Both the position numbers and the translations under genes were made by a program. Positions 9,225 to 20,016 of a DNA stretch of 24,000 bases are shown here, piece by piece. The stretch covers positions 564,244 through 588,243 of the forward strand of contig NZ_JBBUTK010000003.1 in assembly GCF_039592695.1 (NCBI RefSeq), written 5' to 3'. Positions within the stretch are counted from its first letter, which is position 1. Each line of letters starts with the position of its first letter. The notes below the pieces were generated by a model. The model made no database searches, had not been told where the DNA came from, and saw only the letters and a list, made by a program, of their open reading frames with translations. The DNA is from Allomuricauda sp. d1. GTDB lineage: Bacteria > Bacteroidota > Bacteroidia > Flavobacteriales > Flavobacteriaceae.

Positions 9225-11021
9225 ATGAAAAAGATTCGAAATTTCTGCATTATTGCCCATATCGACCATGGTAAAAGCACGTTGGCCGACCGATTATTGG
9301 ATTATACAGGTTCTGTGACCGAACGCGAAAAAAAAGAGCAATTGCTCGACAGTATGGACTTGGAGCGTGAACGCGGCATCACCATCAAGAGCCATGCGAT
9401 TCAGATGGAATACCAATACGATGGCGACACCTATATCTTGAATCTTATCGATACTCCCGGGCACGTTGATTTTTCGTATGAGGTATCCCGTTCGATTGCG
9501 GCCTGCGAAGGGGCACTATTGGTGGTCGATGCAGCCCAGAGTATTCAGGCACAGACCATTTCAAACCTGTATTTGGCTTTGGAAAATGATCTCGAAATCA
9601 TTCCTGTGCTGAATAAGGTGGATCTGCCCAGTGCGAATCCTGAAGAGGTGACCGATGATATTGTTGATTTATTGGGATGCAAGCCCGAAGAGGTCATTCC
9701 TGCAAGCGCAAAAACCGGTATCGGTATAGATGACATTTTGAAAGCAATCATTGAACGAATTCCGGCACCAGAAGGAAATGAAGAGGGGCCACTACAAGCC
9801 TTGGTCTTTGATTCAGTCTACAATCCCTTTCGGGGTGTCGAAACTTATTTCAGGGTGCTTAACGGATCTATCAAAAAAGGCCAGAAAATCAAGTTTATGG
9901 CCACGGGCAAAAGCTATTTTGCCGATGAGATCGGCACCTTGAAGTTGACACAACATCCCAAACAAGAAATAAAGACCGGTGATGTAGGCTATTTGATCAC
10001 AGGCATCAAAGATGCGAGGGAGGTTAAGGTTGGGGATACCATCACTTTGTCAGAAAACCCGGCTACAGCGGCCATTTCTGGGTTTGAAGATGTAAAGCCG
10101 ATGGTTTTTGCGGGAATTTATCCTGTTGATACCGAGGATTATGAAGAGCTGCGCTCTTCGATGGAAAAACTGCAACTGAACGATGCTTCTTTAGTGTTCA
10201 CTCCCGAAAGCAGTGCGGCTCTTGGGTTCGGGTTCCGCTGTGGGTTTTTGGGGATGCTGCACATGGAAATCATTCAAGAGCGTTTGGAGCGCGAGTTTGA
10301 TATGACCGTCATCACCACTGTGCCCAACGTGAGCTATCATGCTTTCACTACCAAAGACCCAGAAGAAGTGGTCACTGTAAACAACCCTTCCGATCTGCCC
10401 GACCCATCAACACTTGACCGCGTTGAAGAACCCTACATCAAGGCCACTATCATTACCAAGTCTGATTTTGTCGGCAATGTAATGTCGCTCTGTATTGACA
10501 AACGTGGCCAGATTACCAATCAGACCTATCTGACCACTGAGCGCGTTGAGCTTACTTTTGATATGCCCCTCGCCGAAATCGTTTTTGATTTTTACGACCG
10601 CCTAAAAACAGTTTCGAAAGGCTATGCGTCTTTTGACTATTCCCCCATTGGGATGCGTACCTCAAAATTGGTTCGGGTAGACATCCTTCTGAATGCGCAA
10701 CCCGTAGATGCCCTTTCTGCTCTGGTACATTTTGACAATGCCCATACGATAGGCAAGAGAATGTGCGAAAAACTAAAAGAACTCATTCCCAGACAGCAAT
10801 TTGACATCCCTATTCAGGCAGCCATTGGCTCAAAAATAATCTCTCGTGAGACCATCAAGGCCTTGCGAAAAGACGTAACGGCAAAATGTTATGGGGGCGA
10901 TATTTCACGAAAGAGAAAACTGCTCGAAAAACAGAAAAAGGGTAAAAAGCGTATGCGTCAGGTCGGTAATGTTGAGATTCCACAACAGGCCTTTATGGCG
11001 GTGCTCAAGTTGAACGATTAA
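9225..11021 (+). CDS. lepA: Elongation factor 4
   Basis: [41 protein letters not shown], 598 aa; LepA C-terminal domain ending [21 protein letters not shown]. Confidence 0.98.
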   Translation: MKKIRNFCIIAHIDHGKSTLADRLLDYTGSVTEREKKEQLLDSMDLERERGITIKSHAIQMEYQYDGDTYILNLIDTPGHVDFSYEVSRSIAACEGALLVVDAAQSIQAQTISNLYLALENDLEIIPVLNKVDLPSANPEEVTDDIVDLLGCKPEEVIPASAKTGIGIDDILKAIIERIPAPEGNEEGPLQALVFDSVYNPFRGVETYFRVLNGSIKKGQKIKFMATGKSYFADEIGTLKLTQHPKQEIKTGDVGYLITGIKDAREVKVGDTITLSENPATAAISGFEDVKPMVFAGIYPVDTEDYEELRSSMEKLQLNDASLVFTPESSAALGFGFRCGFLGMLHMEIIQERLEREFDMTVITTVPNVSYHAFTTKDPEEVVTVNNPSDLPDPSTLDRVEEPYIKATIITKSDFVGNVMSLCIDKRGQITNQTYLTTERVELTFDMPLAEIVFDFYDRLKTVSKGYASFDYSPIGMRTSKLVRVDILLNAQPVDALSALVHFDNAHTIGKRMCEKLKELIPRQQFDIPIQAAIGSKIISRETIKALRKDVTAKCYGGDISRKRKLLEKQKKGKKRMRQVGNVEIPQQAFMAVLKLND

Positions 11022-12874
11022 TCTGCGACTTCTTCTTTGCTGGCCAATATGTCAACATTAAACATTTTACCGAGATAGACCAATTTATACCCTTCATCAA
11101 TATCGGTAAATTCTTTGCTGAAAGATGAAATGATTTTTAAATCTCCCTGCTTGTCTTTTAAAAAAATGGGGATTATATGTTCGTCTGCTTTGGTAATCTC
11201 GATAAGGCCATCATATTGTTCTTTGTCCTTAAGTTCAATTTCATTGATGGCTGGATATTTTCTAACGGCTTCCGTCAGTTTGATAAAATCATCGGTATGG
11301 GAAAAGAGCCCCTCTTCCGGATTGTTTTCGGGGTTGTTCATTTCGTCTGTGTTGACCAGCCTAAAGGCCCCATTTTCACCAAATTGCTTTTTGAACTTTT
11401 CAATGGCAAACTTGTTGATATCCGAATTGCCCGTCAGGGCCATCAAGTAGCCCATATCGTTCAATTCAATATTATCGGTCAACGTGTCTGAATAGATGTC
11501 GGCTGCAATGGCCTCGACTCCCAATTTTTTTGCTTTTTCAACATTGGTCTGGTTATTGTCGATAAGTACCACATGGCGCTTGTTTTTCTTCAGATAACCT
11601 GCAATCAGCCTTGAGACTTTTGAGGCGCCTATTATCAAAATGCCCTCTGACTTTGTTAAAAACACTCCCACTAACCGGGCAAAAAGCCTAGCAGTAGTAG
11701 CGTTGAGAAGCACGGTGCCCAATACGACCATAAACACCAGTGGGGTAATGTATTCTGCCCCGGGCTCGCCTTTTGCAAGCAGTTTAGAACCGAAAAGCGA
11801 TGCAATACCGGCAGCCACGATACCCCTTGGCCCCACCCAGCCGATAAACATTTTTTCGTTAAGCTTCAGATTCGAACCTTGTGTGCTCAAAAACACCCCA
11901 AGAGGCCGAATCAGAAATACAATGACAAGAAAAAGGGCAGCGGTCTTCCAGTTGTAGATGAGCTGCATGTCTGAAATATCAATGTTCGCGGCAAGAAGTA
12001 TAAAAAGAATGGATATCAATAGAACGCTCAACGATTCTTTAAAATAGAGCAGTTCTTTAAGGTTTGGCAGGTCTATGTTCCCCATGACCATTCCCATGAC
12101 CACTACCGCAAGTAGGCCCGATTCATGCGCAAAGAGATCTGATTCAACGAAAACCAACAAGACCACCGATAATGAAACCACATTCATTAGATAATGGGGT
12201 ATCCAGTTTTTCTTGATGACAAAGGCGAGGCCGTGGGCAAAGGTGAAGCCGAAAGTGAAGCCGAAAAGCAATATTTTTCCGAACTCTATCAAAGCCGTTT
12301 TTGTAAAGGCACTGCCTTCGCCAACACTGATAAATTCAAACACCAAAACTGCTACTAACGCCCCGATGGGGTCAATCAAGATGCCTTCCCATTTTAGCAC
12401 TGCCGAAACATCTTTTTTGAGTGGTATGTTACGAAGAATGGGTGTAATTACTGTGGGCCCTGTAACGATAATTAAGGCAGAGAACAAAAACGATATCTGC
12501 CACGACAAGTCAAAAATGTAATGTGCTGCGATACCTGCCCCAAAAAAAGTAACCAATGTGCCAATGGTAATCAACTTTGTGATTACGGGGCCAACATTGG
12601 CAATTTCAGAACGTTTTAAGGTCAACCCGCCTTCAAAAAGTATGATACTGATTGCAAGTGACACAAAATAATAGAGGCCATCACCAGGAAAAAGACCTTT
12701 TTTACCATTCCAAATGGGCTCAATGAGCTTGCTGCCATCTGCGGTATAAAGCGTTGCGATTGGCCCGACCAAGAGCCCGATCAAAATCAGGGGTAAGATT
12801 GCGGGCAACTTCAATCGCCAAGCGACCCATTGTGCGATGATTCCAAGTATAATGATTCCCGCTAATTCGAGCAT
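11018..12874 (-). CDS. Cation:proton antiporter with C-terminal TrkA-N/RCK-like domain
   Basis: [38 protein letters not shown]...[18 protein letters not shown] plus nucleotide-binding [18 protein letters not shown]. Start placed at Met 12874 rather than the longer ORF start at 12955. Confidence 0.88.
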   Translation of the reverse strand: MLELAGIIILGIIAQWVAWRLKLPAILPLILIGLLVGPIATLYTADGSKLIEPIWNGKKGLFPGDGLYYFVSLAISIILFEGGLTLKRSEIANVGPVITKLITIGTLVTFFGAGIAAHYIFDLSWQISFLFSALIIVTGPTVITPILRNIPLKKDVSAVLKWEGILIDPIGALVAVLVFEFISVGEGSAFTKTALIEFGKILLFGFTFGFTFAHGLAFVIKKNWIPHYLMNVVSLSVVLLVFVESDLFAHESGLLAVVVMGMVMGNIDLPNLKELLYFKESLSVLLISILFILLAANIDISDMQLIYNWKTAALFLVIVFLIRPLGVFLSTQGSNLKLNEKMFIGWVGPRGIVAAGIASLFGSKLLAKGEPGAEYITPLVFMVVLGTVLLNATTARLFARLVGVFLTKSEGILIIGASKVSRLIAGYLKKNKRHVVLIDNNQTNVEKAKKLGVEAIAADIYSDTLTDNIELNDMGYLMALTGNSDINKFAIEKFKKQFGENGAFRLVNTDEMNNPENNPEEGLFSHTDDFIKLTEAVRKYPAINEIELKDKEQYDGLIEITKADEHIIPIFLKDKQGDLKIISSFSKEFTDIDEGYKLVYLGKMFNVDILASKEEVAD

Positions 12875-13027
12875 GGTGGTATTTTTTCGAAATTTACAGT
12901 TTTCTTTAAAATATCCTTGCCCATATCCGGGCTTTCTGAATTTGTTAAAATACAAATAATAAAACGGTGTATTATAACCATTTGCGGTACAGTTTTCTTA
13001 TTTTGCGCATCCTTTTGCCCATTTTGA

Positions 13028-13900
13028 ATGCAGCTATACCCCATTGAGACCGGTAATTTCAAGTTAGATGGCGGGGCCATGTTCGGTGTCGTGCCAAAAT
13101 CGTTGTGGAACAGGACCAATCCTTCAGATGCCAACAACATGATTGAACTGGCCATGCGCTGCCTTCTGATCGAAGATGGCGATCGACTTATCTTAATCGA
13201 CAACGGGCTTGGCAACAAGCAATCAGAGAAATTTTTCGGTTATTACCATTTATGGGGAGACCATTCTTTGGATAAATCCCTAAAAAAACATGGTTTTCAC
13301 CGCGATGACATCACCGATGTATTCATGACCCACTTACACTTTGACCATTGCGGGGGCAGTATTCAATGGAACAAAGACCGAACAGGCTACGAACCTGCTT
13401 TTAAAAATGCCCGGTTTTGGACAAACGAAGACCATTGGCAATGGGCGTTGGAACCCAATCAAAGGGAAAAGGCCTCCTTTCTGAAAGAGAACCTGCTTCC
13501 GATGCAAGAAAGTGGTCAATTAAACTTCATAAAAAAGGCACAGGCCCCGTATTTGAATTGCTCTGATCTCGATTTTGGCATTTTATTTGTAAACGGCCAT
13601 ACCGAAAAACAGATGTTGCCACATATCAAATACAAAGGAAAAACCGTGGTCTTTGTGGCAGATTTGATTCCAACAGTGGGGCATATTCCTTTGCCTTATG
13701 TCATGGGCTACGATATGCGGCCTTTGGTCACATTGGATGAAAAAGGCACATTTTTGAACGAAGCCGCAGAAAAAGGGTATGTGCTATTTTTTGAACATGA
13801 TGCACACAACGAAATGTGCACCTTAAAAAGAACGGAAAAAGGGGTGCGGTTGGATCAGACTTTCAAATTTGAAGAAGTGTTTGCTGCTTCCTCCTTATAA
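13028..13900 (+). CDS. MBL-fold metallo-hydrolase
   Basis: LIDNGLG, DVFMTHLHFDHCGG, D and H ligands downstream (FVADLIPTVGH, FFEHDAH). Confidence 0.9.
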   Translation: MQLYPIETGNFKLDGGAMFGVVPKSLWNRTNPSDANNMIELAMRCLLIEDGDRLILIDNGLGNKQSEKFFGYYHLWGDHSLDKSLKKHGFHRDDITDVFMTHLHFDHCGGSIQWNKDRTGYEPAFKNARFWTNEDHWQWALEPNQREKASFLKENLLPMQESGQLNFIKKAQAPYLNCSDLDFGILFVNGHTEKQMLPHIKYKGKTVVFVADLIPTVGHIPLPYVMGYDMRPLVTLDEKGTFLNEAAEKGYVLFFEHDAHNEMCTLKRTEKGVRLDQTFKFEEVFAASSL

Positions 13901-13914
13901 ATTAAACATGCAAG

Positions 13915-15558
13915 ATGATAAGACAATTTAAACCTTCTATTTCAATTTTAGCAGCAATACTGCTTTCGGGGTGTGGCGCAACTGCCTTGGTTTCCACTCC
14001 CGTTGAAAATATAGATGCCGTACCGCTTAAAGTATCTGATTTGACAGAGGCCCAGGAAAAGACCTGGGGGCATGCCGATTTGGTGCAAGACACCATTCCT
14101 GGTATGAGTGTTGATCGGGCCTATGCCGAAATCATAAAAAACAAAAAGGGCAAAACGGTGATTGTGGCCGTGTTGGATTCTGGTATCGACCTTGACCACG
14201 AAGACCTTGATGATGTGCTGTGGACGAACAAAGACGAAAAGCCGGGCAATGGCAAAGATGATGATGGCAATGGCTATGTAGACGACATTCACGGGTACAA
14301 TTTTTTGGGTGAGGCCTATAACGAGCAATTGGAGTACACCCGAATGCTCCGGTTGGGGGTTGGTACCGCTGCAGAGAGGGCAAAAGCACAATTGAAACTG
14401 GACAAGGAATACCCAGAAGCTTTGCAAAACAAACAGCAGTATGAGCAAATATTACAAGTCGTAAAAAATGCAGATGCCGCTGTCAAGGAAGCATTGGGAA
14501 AGGATTCGTACACCAAAAAAGATGTCATGGGCATCGAGGCCAACACCACTGAAATGCAGCAACATGTTGCTGTATTGACCCAAATGTACGGTTACGAAGA
14601 CAGTATTGACAAAGTGCTCGAGCAGCTTGAAGAAGGGGTTGCCTATTTCACCGAGCAGGTGAACTACAATCTGAACAAAGATTTTAATGGGCGTGAAGTT
14701 GTGGGTGATAATCCTTATGATTATAACGACCGTGATTATGGAAACGGCAACCCCGACAGCAGGCTCGAAGACGAAAGCCATGGCACCCATGTTGCCGGCA
14801 TCATCGCGGCAGAAAGAAACAACGGCCTTGGTGCGAACGGGGTAGCCAAGAACGTTGAAATTATGAGCATTCGTGCCGTGCCCAATGGTGATGAGTATGA
14901 TAAAGACATTGCGCTGGGCATTCGCTATGCCGTCGACAATGGCGCAAAGATTATCAACTGCAGTTTCGGAAAATCATTTTCGCCAAATGCTGAATGGGTT
15001 TATGAGGCCATAAAATATGCAGCTGTCAACGATGTGCTTATCGTTCATGCGGCGGGCAATGATGGCAATGACATCGATGATCAATCCAATCCAAACTATC
15101 CGAACGATCATCGCTTTGGCAGTAATGAAATTGCTGATAACCTGATCACGGTAGGGGCTTTGACCAGTAACTATGGCTCAGAGATGGTCGCAACGTTCTC
15201 CAACTATGGAAAAAACAATGTGGATGTCTTTGCGCCAGGTGACGATATCTACTCAACAATGCCAAACAATGCGTACGATTTTAACGGTGGCACCTCTATG
15301 GCGGCACCAGCTGTTGCGGGTATTGCCGCGTTGATCCGTTCGTATTATCCCAATCTGACCGCTCCAGAGGTCAAGCATATTTTAATGCAATCCGGATTAA
15401 AATCTAAAGCCTCAGTGGTTGTTTCTGGCGACCCGAACAAATCAAAGTCCTTTTCAGAAATTTCAAAATCGGGCAAAATGGTCAATGCCTACAATGCGCT
15501 CTTAATGGCCGATAGCGTCTCAAAAGGAAGTAAAACCCTTGATTACAATGCTGAATGA
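13915..15558 (+). CDS. S8 family serine peptidase (subtilase), predicted lipoprotein
   Basis: Lipobox LLSGC; catalytic motifs VAVLDSGIDLDHEDL (D), ESHGTHVAGI (H), GGTSMAAPAVAG (S). Confidence 0.93.
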   Translation: MIRQFKPSISILAAILLSGCGATALVSTPVENIDAVPLKVSDLTEAQEKTWGHADLVQDTIPGMSVDRAYAEIIKNKKGKTVIVAVLDSGIDLDHEDLDDVLWTNKDEKPGNGKDDDGNGYVDDIHGYNFLGEAYNEQLEYTRMLRLGVGTAAERAKAQLKLDKEYPEALQNKQQYEQILQVVKNADAAVKEALGKDSYTKKDVMGIEANTTEMQQHVAVLTQMYGYEDSIDKVLEQLEEGVAYFTEQVNYNLNKDFNGREVVGDNPYDYNDRDYGNGNPDSRLEDESHGTHVAGIIAAERNNGLGANGVAKNVEIMSIRAVPNGDEYDKDIALGIRYAVDNGAKIINCSFGKSFSPNAEWVYEAIKYAAVNDVLIVHAAGNDGNDIDDQSNPNYPNDHRFGSNEIADNLITVGALTSNYGSEMVATFSNYGKNNVDVFAPGDDIYSTMPNNAYDFNGGTSMAAPAVAGIAALIRSYYPNLTAPEVKHILMQSGLKSKASVVVSGDPNKSKSFSEISKSGKMVNAYNALLMADSVSKGSKTLDYNAE

Positions 15559-15559
15559 T

Positions 15560-17413
15560 ATGAAGTTAGCCAAACAACTGATCGCTTCCGTTCTTTTACT
15601 TTCCATGCCTTCCGTAACTGCCCAAAAAGGGCCTTGTTATTGGCAACAGCATGTGGATTACCAAATGGATGTCACTATGGATGTGGAGACCTTTCAATAT
15701 GACGGCACCCAAAAGTTGGTGTACACCAACAACTCGCCTGATACGTTGAACCGTGTGTTTTACCACCTTTATTTCAATGCCTTTCAACCCGGAAGTGAAA
15801 TGGACATGCGATTGCAGACCATCAAAGATGGTGACGGACGAATGCTCGAGGACGGTAAAAGCCGTATCGCTACTTTGGCAACTGAAGAGCAAGGTTATCT
15901 GCACGTGCAAGCATTGACCCAAGACGGGCAAAAGGTCTCGTTCAGCGAAGAAGGTACCATTTTGGTGGTCGACTTGGCGACCCCGATTGCGCCCGGGGCG
16001 AAGACCAAATTCGATATGGAGTTCAAGGGCCAAGTGCCCTTGCAAATTCGCCGTTCGGGCAGAAACAGCAAAGAAGGGGTGGCACTCTCAATGAGCCAGT
16101 GGTATCCTAAAATGGTGGAATACGATTTTGAGGGTTGGCACCCGAATCCGTACATCGCTCGTGAGTTCCATGGGGTTTGGGGTGACTTTGATGTCAAGAT
16201 CACCATTGACAAAGACTATACGATAGGTGGTACGGGGTATTTGCAAAATCCGCAAGAAATAGGCCATGGCTACGAAGCCGAAGGCAGAAAGGTCAAGACC
16301 AAGGGAAAAACCCTGACGTGGCATTTTAAAGCGCCCATGGTTCACGATTTTATGTGGGGGGCCGATCCAGAGTATGTTCACGATGTGGTTGAGATGGAAA
16401 ACGGACCTACATTACATTTTTTCTATAAAGACAAACCTGAATTGCTTGAAAACTGGAAAAACCTACAGCCCAAGACTGTTGATGCCATGAATTTTTTCAA
16501 TAAAAATATTGGCGAATATCCTTACGAACAATATTCTGTGGTTCAGGGCGGTGATGGCGGAATGGAATATGCCATGAGCACCCTAATCACTGGTGAACGC
16601 TCTTTTGGCAGTCTGGTCGGGGTCATGGTGCATGAGCTGGCGCATTCTTGGTTTCAACATGTGCTTGCCACCAATGAATCAAAACATTCATGGATGGATG
16701 AAGGGTTTACTTCGTTCATCAGCAGCCTTTGCATGAACGAAATCATGGAGCAGAACAAAGACTTTCCGTTTGAGGGATCCTACAAGGGTTATTACGCCCT
16801 CGTGAATTCAGGTAAAGAACAGCCACAGACCGCCCATGCCGATCGATATGACCTGAATTTTGCCTATGGCATTGCGGCATACAGCAAAGGGGCCATCTTT
16901 TTGTCGCAATTGGGCTACGTGATCGGGCAAGACAAGTTGTTGCAGACCATCAGAAAATATTATGAGGATTACAAGTTCACGCATCCCGTTCCGAACGACA
17001 TTAAAAGAACGGCAGAAAAAGTGTCCGGCATGCAATTGGACTGGTACCTGACGGATTGGACACAGACCACCAACACCATCGATTACGGAATCAAAGAGGT
17101 GGTTTCCAACGGAGACACATCAACATTGGTCATGGAGCGCATTGGCTTGATGCCCATGCCATTGGATATTCTTGTGGTCGATACCGATGGCAACCAGCAA
17201 ACCTACTATGTTCCTCTAAGGATGATGCGCGGAGAGAAAGAGAATCCATATCCAAACATACAACGAACCGTTGCCGAAGATTGGGCGTGGGCATCCCCTA
17301 CTTATGAACTGATCCTTGATATGCCAAAGGGCAACATTGCCGGTATCTCCATCGATCCATCGATGTTGATGGCCGATGTGAATCGTGAGAACAATACGTA
17401 TAGCGGGGAGTAA
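15560..17413 (+). CDS. M1 family metallopeptidase
   Basis: Signal peptide MKLAKQLIASVLLLSMPSVTAQ; gluzincin motif VMVHELAHSWFQHVLATNE; GGMEYAMSTLI. Start chosen after the S8 peptidase stop; ORF track opens at 15539. Confidence 0.92.
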   Translation: MKLAKQLIASVLLLSMPSVTAQKGPCYWQQHVDYQMDVTMDVETFQYDGTQKLVYTNNSPDTLNRVFYHLYFNAFQPGSEMDMRLQTIKDGDGRMLEDGKSRIATLATEEQGYLHVQALTQDGQKVSFSEEGTILVVDLATPIAPGAKTKFDMEFKGQVPLQIRRSGRNSKEGVALSMSQWYPKMVEYDFEGWHPNPYIAREFHGVWGDFDVKITIDKDYTIGGTGYLQNPQEIGHGYEAEGRKVKTKGKTLTWHFKAPMVHDFMWGADPEYVHDVVEMENGPTLHFFYKDKPELLENWKNLQPKTVDAMNFFNKNIGEYPYEQYSVVQGGDGGMEYAMSTLITGERSFGSLVGVMVHELAHSWFQHVLATNESKHSWMDEGFTSFISSLCMNEIMEQNKDFPFEGSYKGYYALVNSGKEQPQTAHADRYDLNFAYGIAAYSKGAIFLSQLGYVIGQDKLLQTIRKYYEDYKFTHPVPNDIKRTAEKVSGMQLDWYLTDWTQTTNTIDYGIKEVVSNGDTSTLVMERIGLMPMPLDILVVDTDGNQQTYYVPLRMMRGEKENPYPNIQRTVAEDWAWASPTYELILDMPKGNIAGISIDPSMLMADVNRENNTYSGE

Positions 17414-17477
17414 CTCCATTAAAATCAAAGAAAAATCCGCTTGGAGCCTTTAACTGAGCGGATTATTCAAATGTAAT

Positions 17478-17495
17478 TGTCCCCTTGAGGGGACA
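17478..17495. repeat. Perfect palindrome upstream of the DUF559-RnpA ORF
   Basis: TGTCCCCT-TG-AGGGGACA, followed at 17501-17515 by hairpin TCCGC-CAAAA-GCGGA and by GGGGTGT (17521-17527), inverse of ACACCCC at 17937-17943. Confidence 0.7.
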
Positions 17496-17569
17496 GCGAA
17501 TCCGCCAAAAGCGGAAAGCAGGGGTGTAGATAATTCCTTGTAACTTTCCCAAAAATTGTCTTCTCAAAG

Positions 17570-18397
17570 GTGCCAAAAAATAAAATCATACCGTACAATC
17601 CCAAGCTAAAGGAATATGCCCGTCAATTGCGTAAAAACAGCACCTTGTCAGAGACATTGCTTTGGCAAAGCATAAAAAACAGGGCGCTTGGGGTGCAGTT
17701 TCATCGTCAAGTGCCCCTACTTGAATATATTGTCGATTTTTATTGCCATGAAATTAAACTGGCCATCGAAATAGACGGTGATTCACATGAATACCGTTAC
17801 GAACAAGATGCTAAACGTCAAGGTGAGTTGGAAAAAAGAGGGGTTGAATTCATCCGGTTTTCAGACAATACGGTTAAAAATGATATGTTCAGCGTGCTGT
17901 TGGCGTTGGAGGAAAAGCTTAAAAATCTTGTGGAAAACACCCCCCTTGATCCTAACTCAAAGGGGGGGTCAAGAATAGCTTCACCAACATCCCCCTTCCT
18001 CCCCCCTCAAGGGGGGAATAAGTTTCCAAAAAAAGAAAGGCTGAAATCACAAAAGCTTATTGAACAGGTTTTTTTGGATGGAAAGGCCGTGACCCAATTC
18101 CCCATAAAACTTATCTATCTCAAACATGGGCTGATAGCGTCGCCCACCGTACAGGCCGGTTTTGTCGCCCCAAAGAAAAACTTTAAAAGTGCCGTCAAGC
18201 GCAACCGTATCAAACGCCTGCTCAGAGAGACGTACCGCCTCAATAAGCATACCCTTTTTAACAACATAGAGGGAAATTATGCGTTGATGATTTTATATCT
18301 TGGGAAGGAGTTGCCACAGTACAAGGCCATAGAGGAAAAAATGGTGGCCGTGTTGGGCGCATTCATAAAAAAAGTCTCAAATGAAGAACGTACGTAA
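17570..18397 (+). CDS. rnpA: Fusion ORF: N-terminal DUF559-like endonuclease domain plus C-terminal ribonuclease P protein component
   Basis: aa 1-120: LRKNSTLSETLLWQSIKNRALGVQFHRQVPLLEYIVDFYCHEIKLAIEIDGDSH...KRGVEFIRF (DUF559/Vsr-like). aa about 151-275: KFPKKERLKSQKLIEQVF...AVKRNRIKRLLRETYR (RnpA RNR motif). No internal start or stop codon seen between them. Confidence 0.85.
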   Translation: MPKNKIIPYNPKLKEYARQLRKNSTLSETLLWQSIKNRALGVQFHRQVPLLEYIVDFYCHEIKLAIEIDGDSHEYRYEQDAKRQGELEKRGVEFIRFSDNTVKNDMFSVLLALEEKLKNLVENTPLDPNSKGGSRIASPTSPFLPPQGGNKFPKKERLKSQKLIEQVFLDGKAVTQFPIKLIYLKHGLIASPTVQAGFVAPKKNFKSAVKRNRIKRLLRETYRLNKHTLFNNIEGNYALMILYLGKELPQYKAIEEKMVAVLGAFIKKVSNEERT

Positions 18398-20003
18398 GAA
18401 AATAATCGTTTCCGTTTTTGCGGTGTCAATGTTGGTGGTCGGAAGCAGTTTTAAGAGCGATTTCTTTGAAATTGCAAAACAGATTGAAATTTTCACCACC
18501 CTGTTCAAAGAGCTCAATATGAACTATGTTGACGAGACGAATCCCGCAGAATTGATGGATTCTGCCATCAAAAACATGCTCAATGAGCTGGACCCCTACA
18601 CCCGCTTCTTGAACGAGCAAGATGTTGAGGCGTATAAAATCAACAATGCCGGCGAGTACTCAGGCATAGGGGCTTTGGTGCGTTCTTTTGATGACCGGTT
18701 GCTCATCATTGAGGCCTACAAAGACTATCCCGCCGACAAAGCGGGGCTCAAGGCAGGTGATGAAATTGTGAAGATTGGCGATATTGAGGTAAAAGATTTT
18801 CAGGACAACGCCAGCGAGCTGCTGAAGGGGGCCAATGACAGCGAGATTGAAATCGCCTACAAAAGACAGGGGCAAACCAAAACCGCAACCATCAAGAGAG
18901 CTGGGGTCGAGGTCGATGCCGTGCCTTTTTATGACATGGTCGATGACAAAACAGGGTATGTCGTGCTGTCTAAATTCAACCGAAAGGCATCAAGCCAAAC
19001 AAAGTCTGCCATTCAAGACTTAAAGGGCAAGGGTGCCGAACGATTGATACTTGACTTAAGGGGCAATCCCGGGGGGCTGCTTTCCGAAGCCATCAACGTC
19101 ACCAATCTGTTCGTGCCCAAAGGGGAGCTCATCGTGACCACAAAATCCAAGGTCAAAAAATTCAACCAAGAATACAAAACGAAAAACCAGCCCGAAGATA
19201 CTGATATTCCGCTTGTGGTGTTAATAGATGGCAGCAGTGCCTCGGCCAGTGAAATCGTTTCCGGGGGGCTTCAAGACCTCGACCGTGCAGTCATCATGGG
19301 CGCCCGCAGTTTTGGCAAGGGCTTGGTGCAGCGACCTTTGAAATTGACCTACGGCACACAGCTGAAGGTCACCATTTCAAGATATTACACCCCATCTGGA
19401 AGGTGCATCCAGTCTTTGGACTACTGGAACAGGGATGAAGACGGCAAAGCGGTCAGAAATACGGTATACAACAATTTCGCCACCCGAAATGGTCGCAAAG
19501 TACAAGATGGTGGCGGGGTGATGCCCGATATTGAGATTGCTTCCATCAAATCGAATGCTTTGATTGAAAGTCTTGAAAGAAACAATATCATCTTTGATTT
19601 TGCAACTTCCTTTTTCTACAAAAACGATTTTTCTTCGGTGGCAGATTTTAGTTTTTCCGCAGCTGACTACAATGATTTCAAAGGTTTTGCCAAAACCCAA
19701 GATTTCAGCCTAGAGACCCAGTCAGAACAACTACTGGAAGAGGCCATGAACAATGAAGAAGGGGTCTTGGGACCAACCGTGCAGGCCAAGTACAAAGACT
19801 TGCTGTTGGCCATCGGCCAGGGCAAGATCTCATCGTTGGATACGTACCAGACCGAAATACAAAAAAAGTTGGAAGATGAACTCATCAAACGCTATTTTTA
19901 CCGCGATGGCCTTTATGAATACTATCTTTCGAACGATGATGCCATTTTGACGGCAAAGACCCTATTGGCCGACAACGACAAGTACCTCGGTATTTTACAG
20001 TAA
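18381..20003 (+). CDS. S41 family C-terminal processing peptidase with PDZ domain
   Basis: PDZ: YSGIGALVRSFDDRLLIIEAYKDYPADKAGLKAGDEIVKIG; peptidase: LILDLRGNPGGLL, DGSSASASEIVSGGLQD, GARSFGKGLVQ. Confidence 0.95.
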   Translation: MKNVRKKIIVSVFAVSMLVVGSSFKSDFFEIAKQIEIFTTLFKELNMNYVDETNPAELMDSAIKNMLNELDPYTRFLNEQDVEAYKINNAGEYSGIGALVRSFDDRLLIIEAYKDYPADKAGLKAGDEIVKIGDIEVKDFQDNASELLKGANDSEIEIAYKRQGQTKTATIKRAGVEVDAVPFYDMVDDKTGYVVLSKFNRKASSQTKSAIQDLKGKGAERLILDLRGNPGGLLSEAINVTNLFVPKGELIVTTKSKVKKFNQEYKTKNQPEDTDIPLVVLIDGSSASASEIVSGGLQDLDRAVIMGARSFGKGLVQRPLKLTYGTQLKVTISRYYTPSGRCIQSLDYWNRDEDGKAVRNTVYNNFATRNGRKVQDGGGVMPDIEIASIKSNALIESLERNNIIFDFATSFFYKNDFSSVADFSFSAADYNDFKGFAKTQDFSLETQSEQLLEEAMNNEEGVLGPTVQAKYKDLLLAIGQGKISSLDTYQTEIQKKLEDELIKRYFYRDGLYEYYLSNDDAILTAKTLLADNDKYLGILQ

Positions 20004-20016
20004 TCAAACTTATTCG

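Noticed and set aside
15539-15558. Overlap of the S8 and M1 peptidase genes
   Set aside because: The overlap depends on an upstream start; Met at 15560 gives a clean signal peptide and no overlap.
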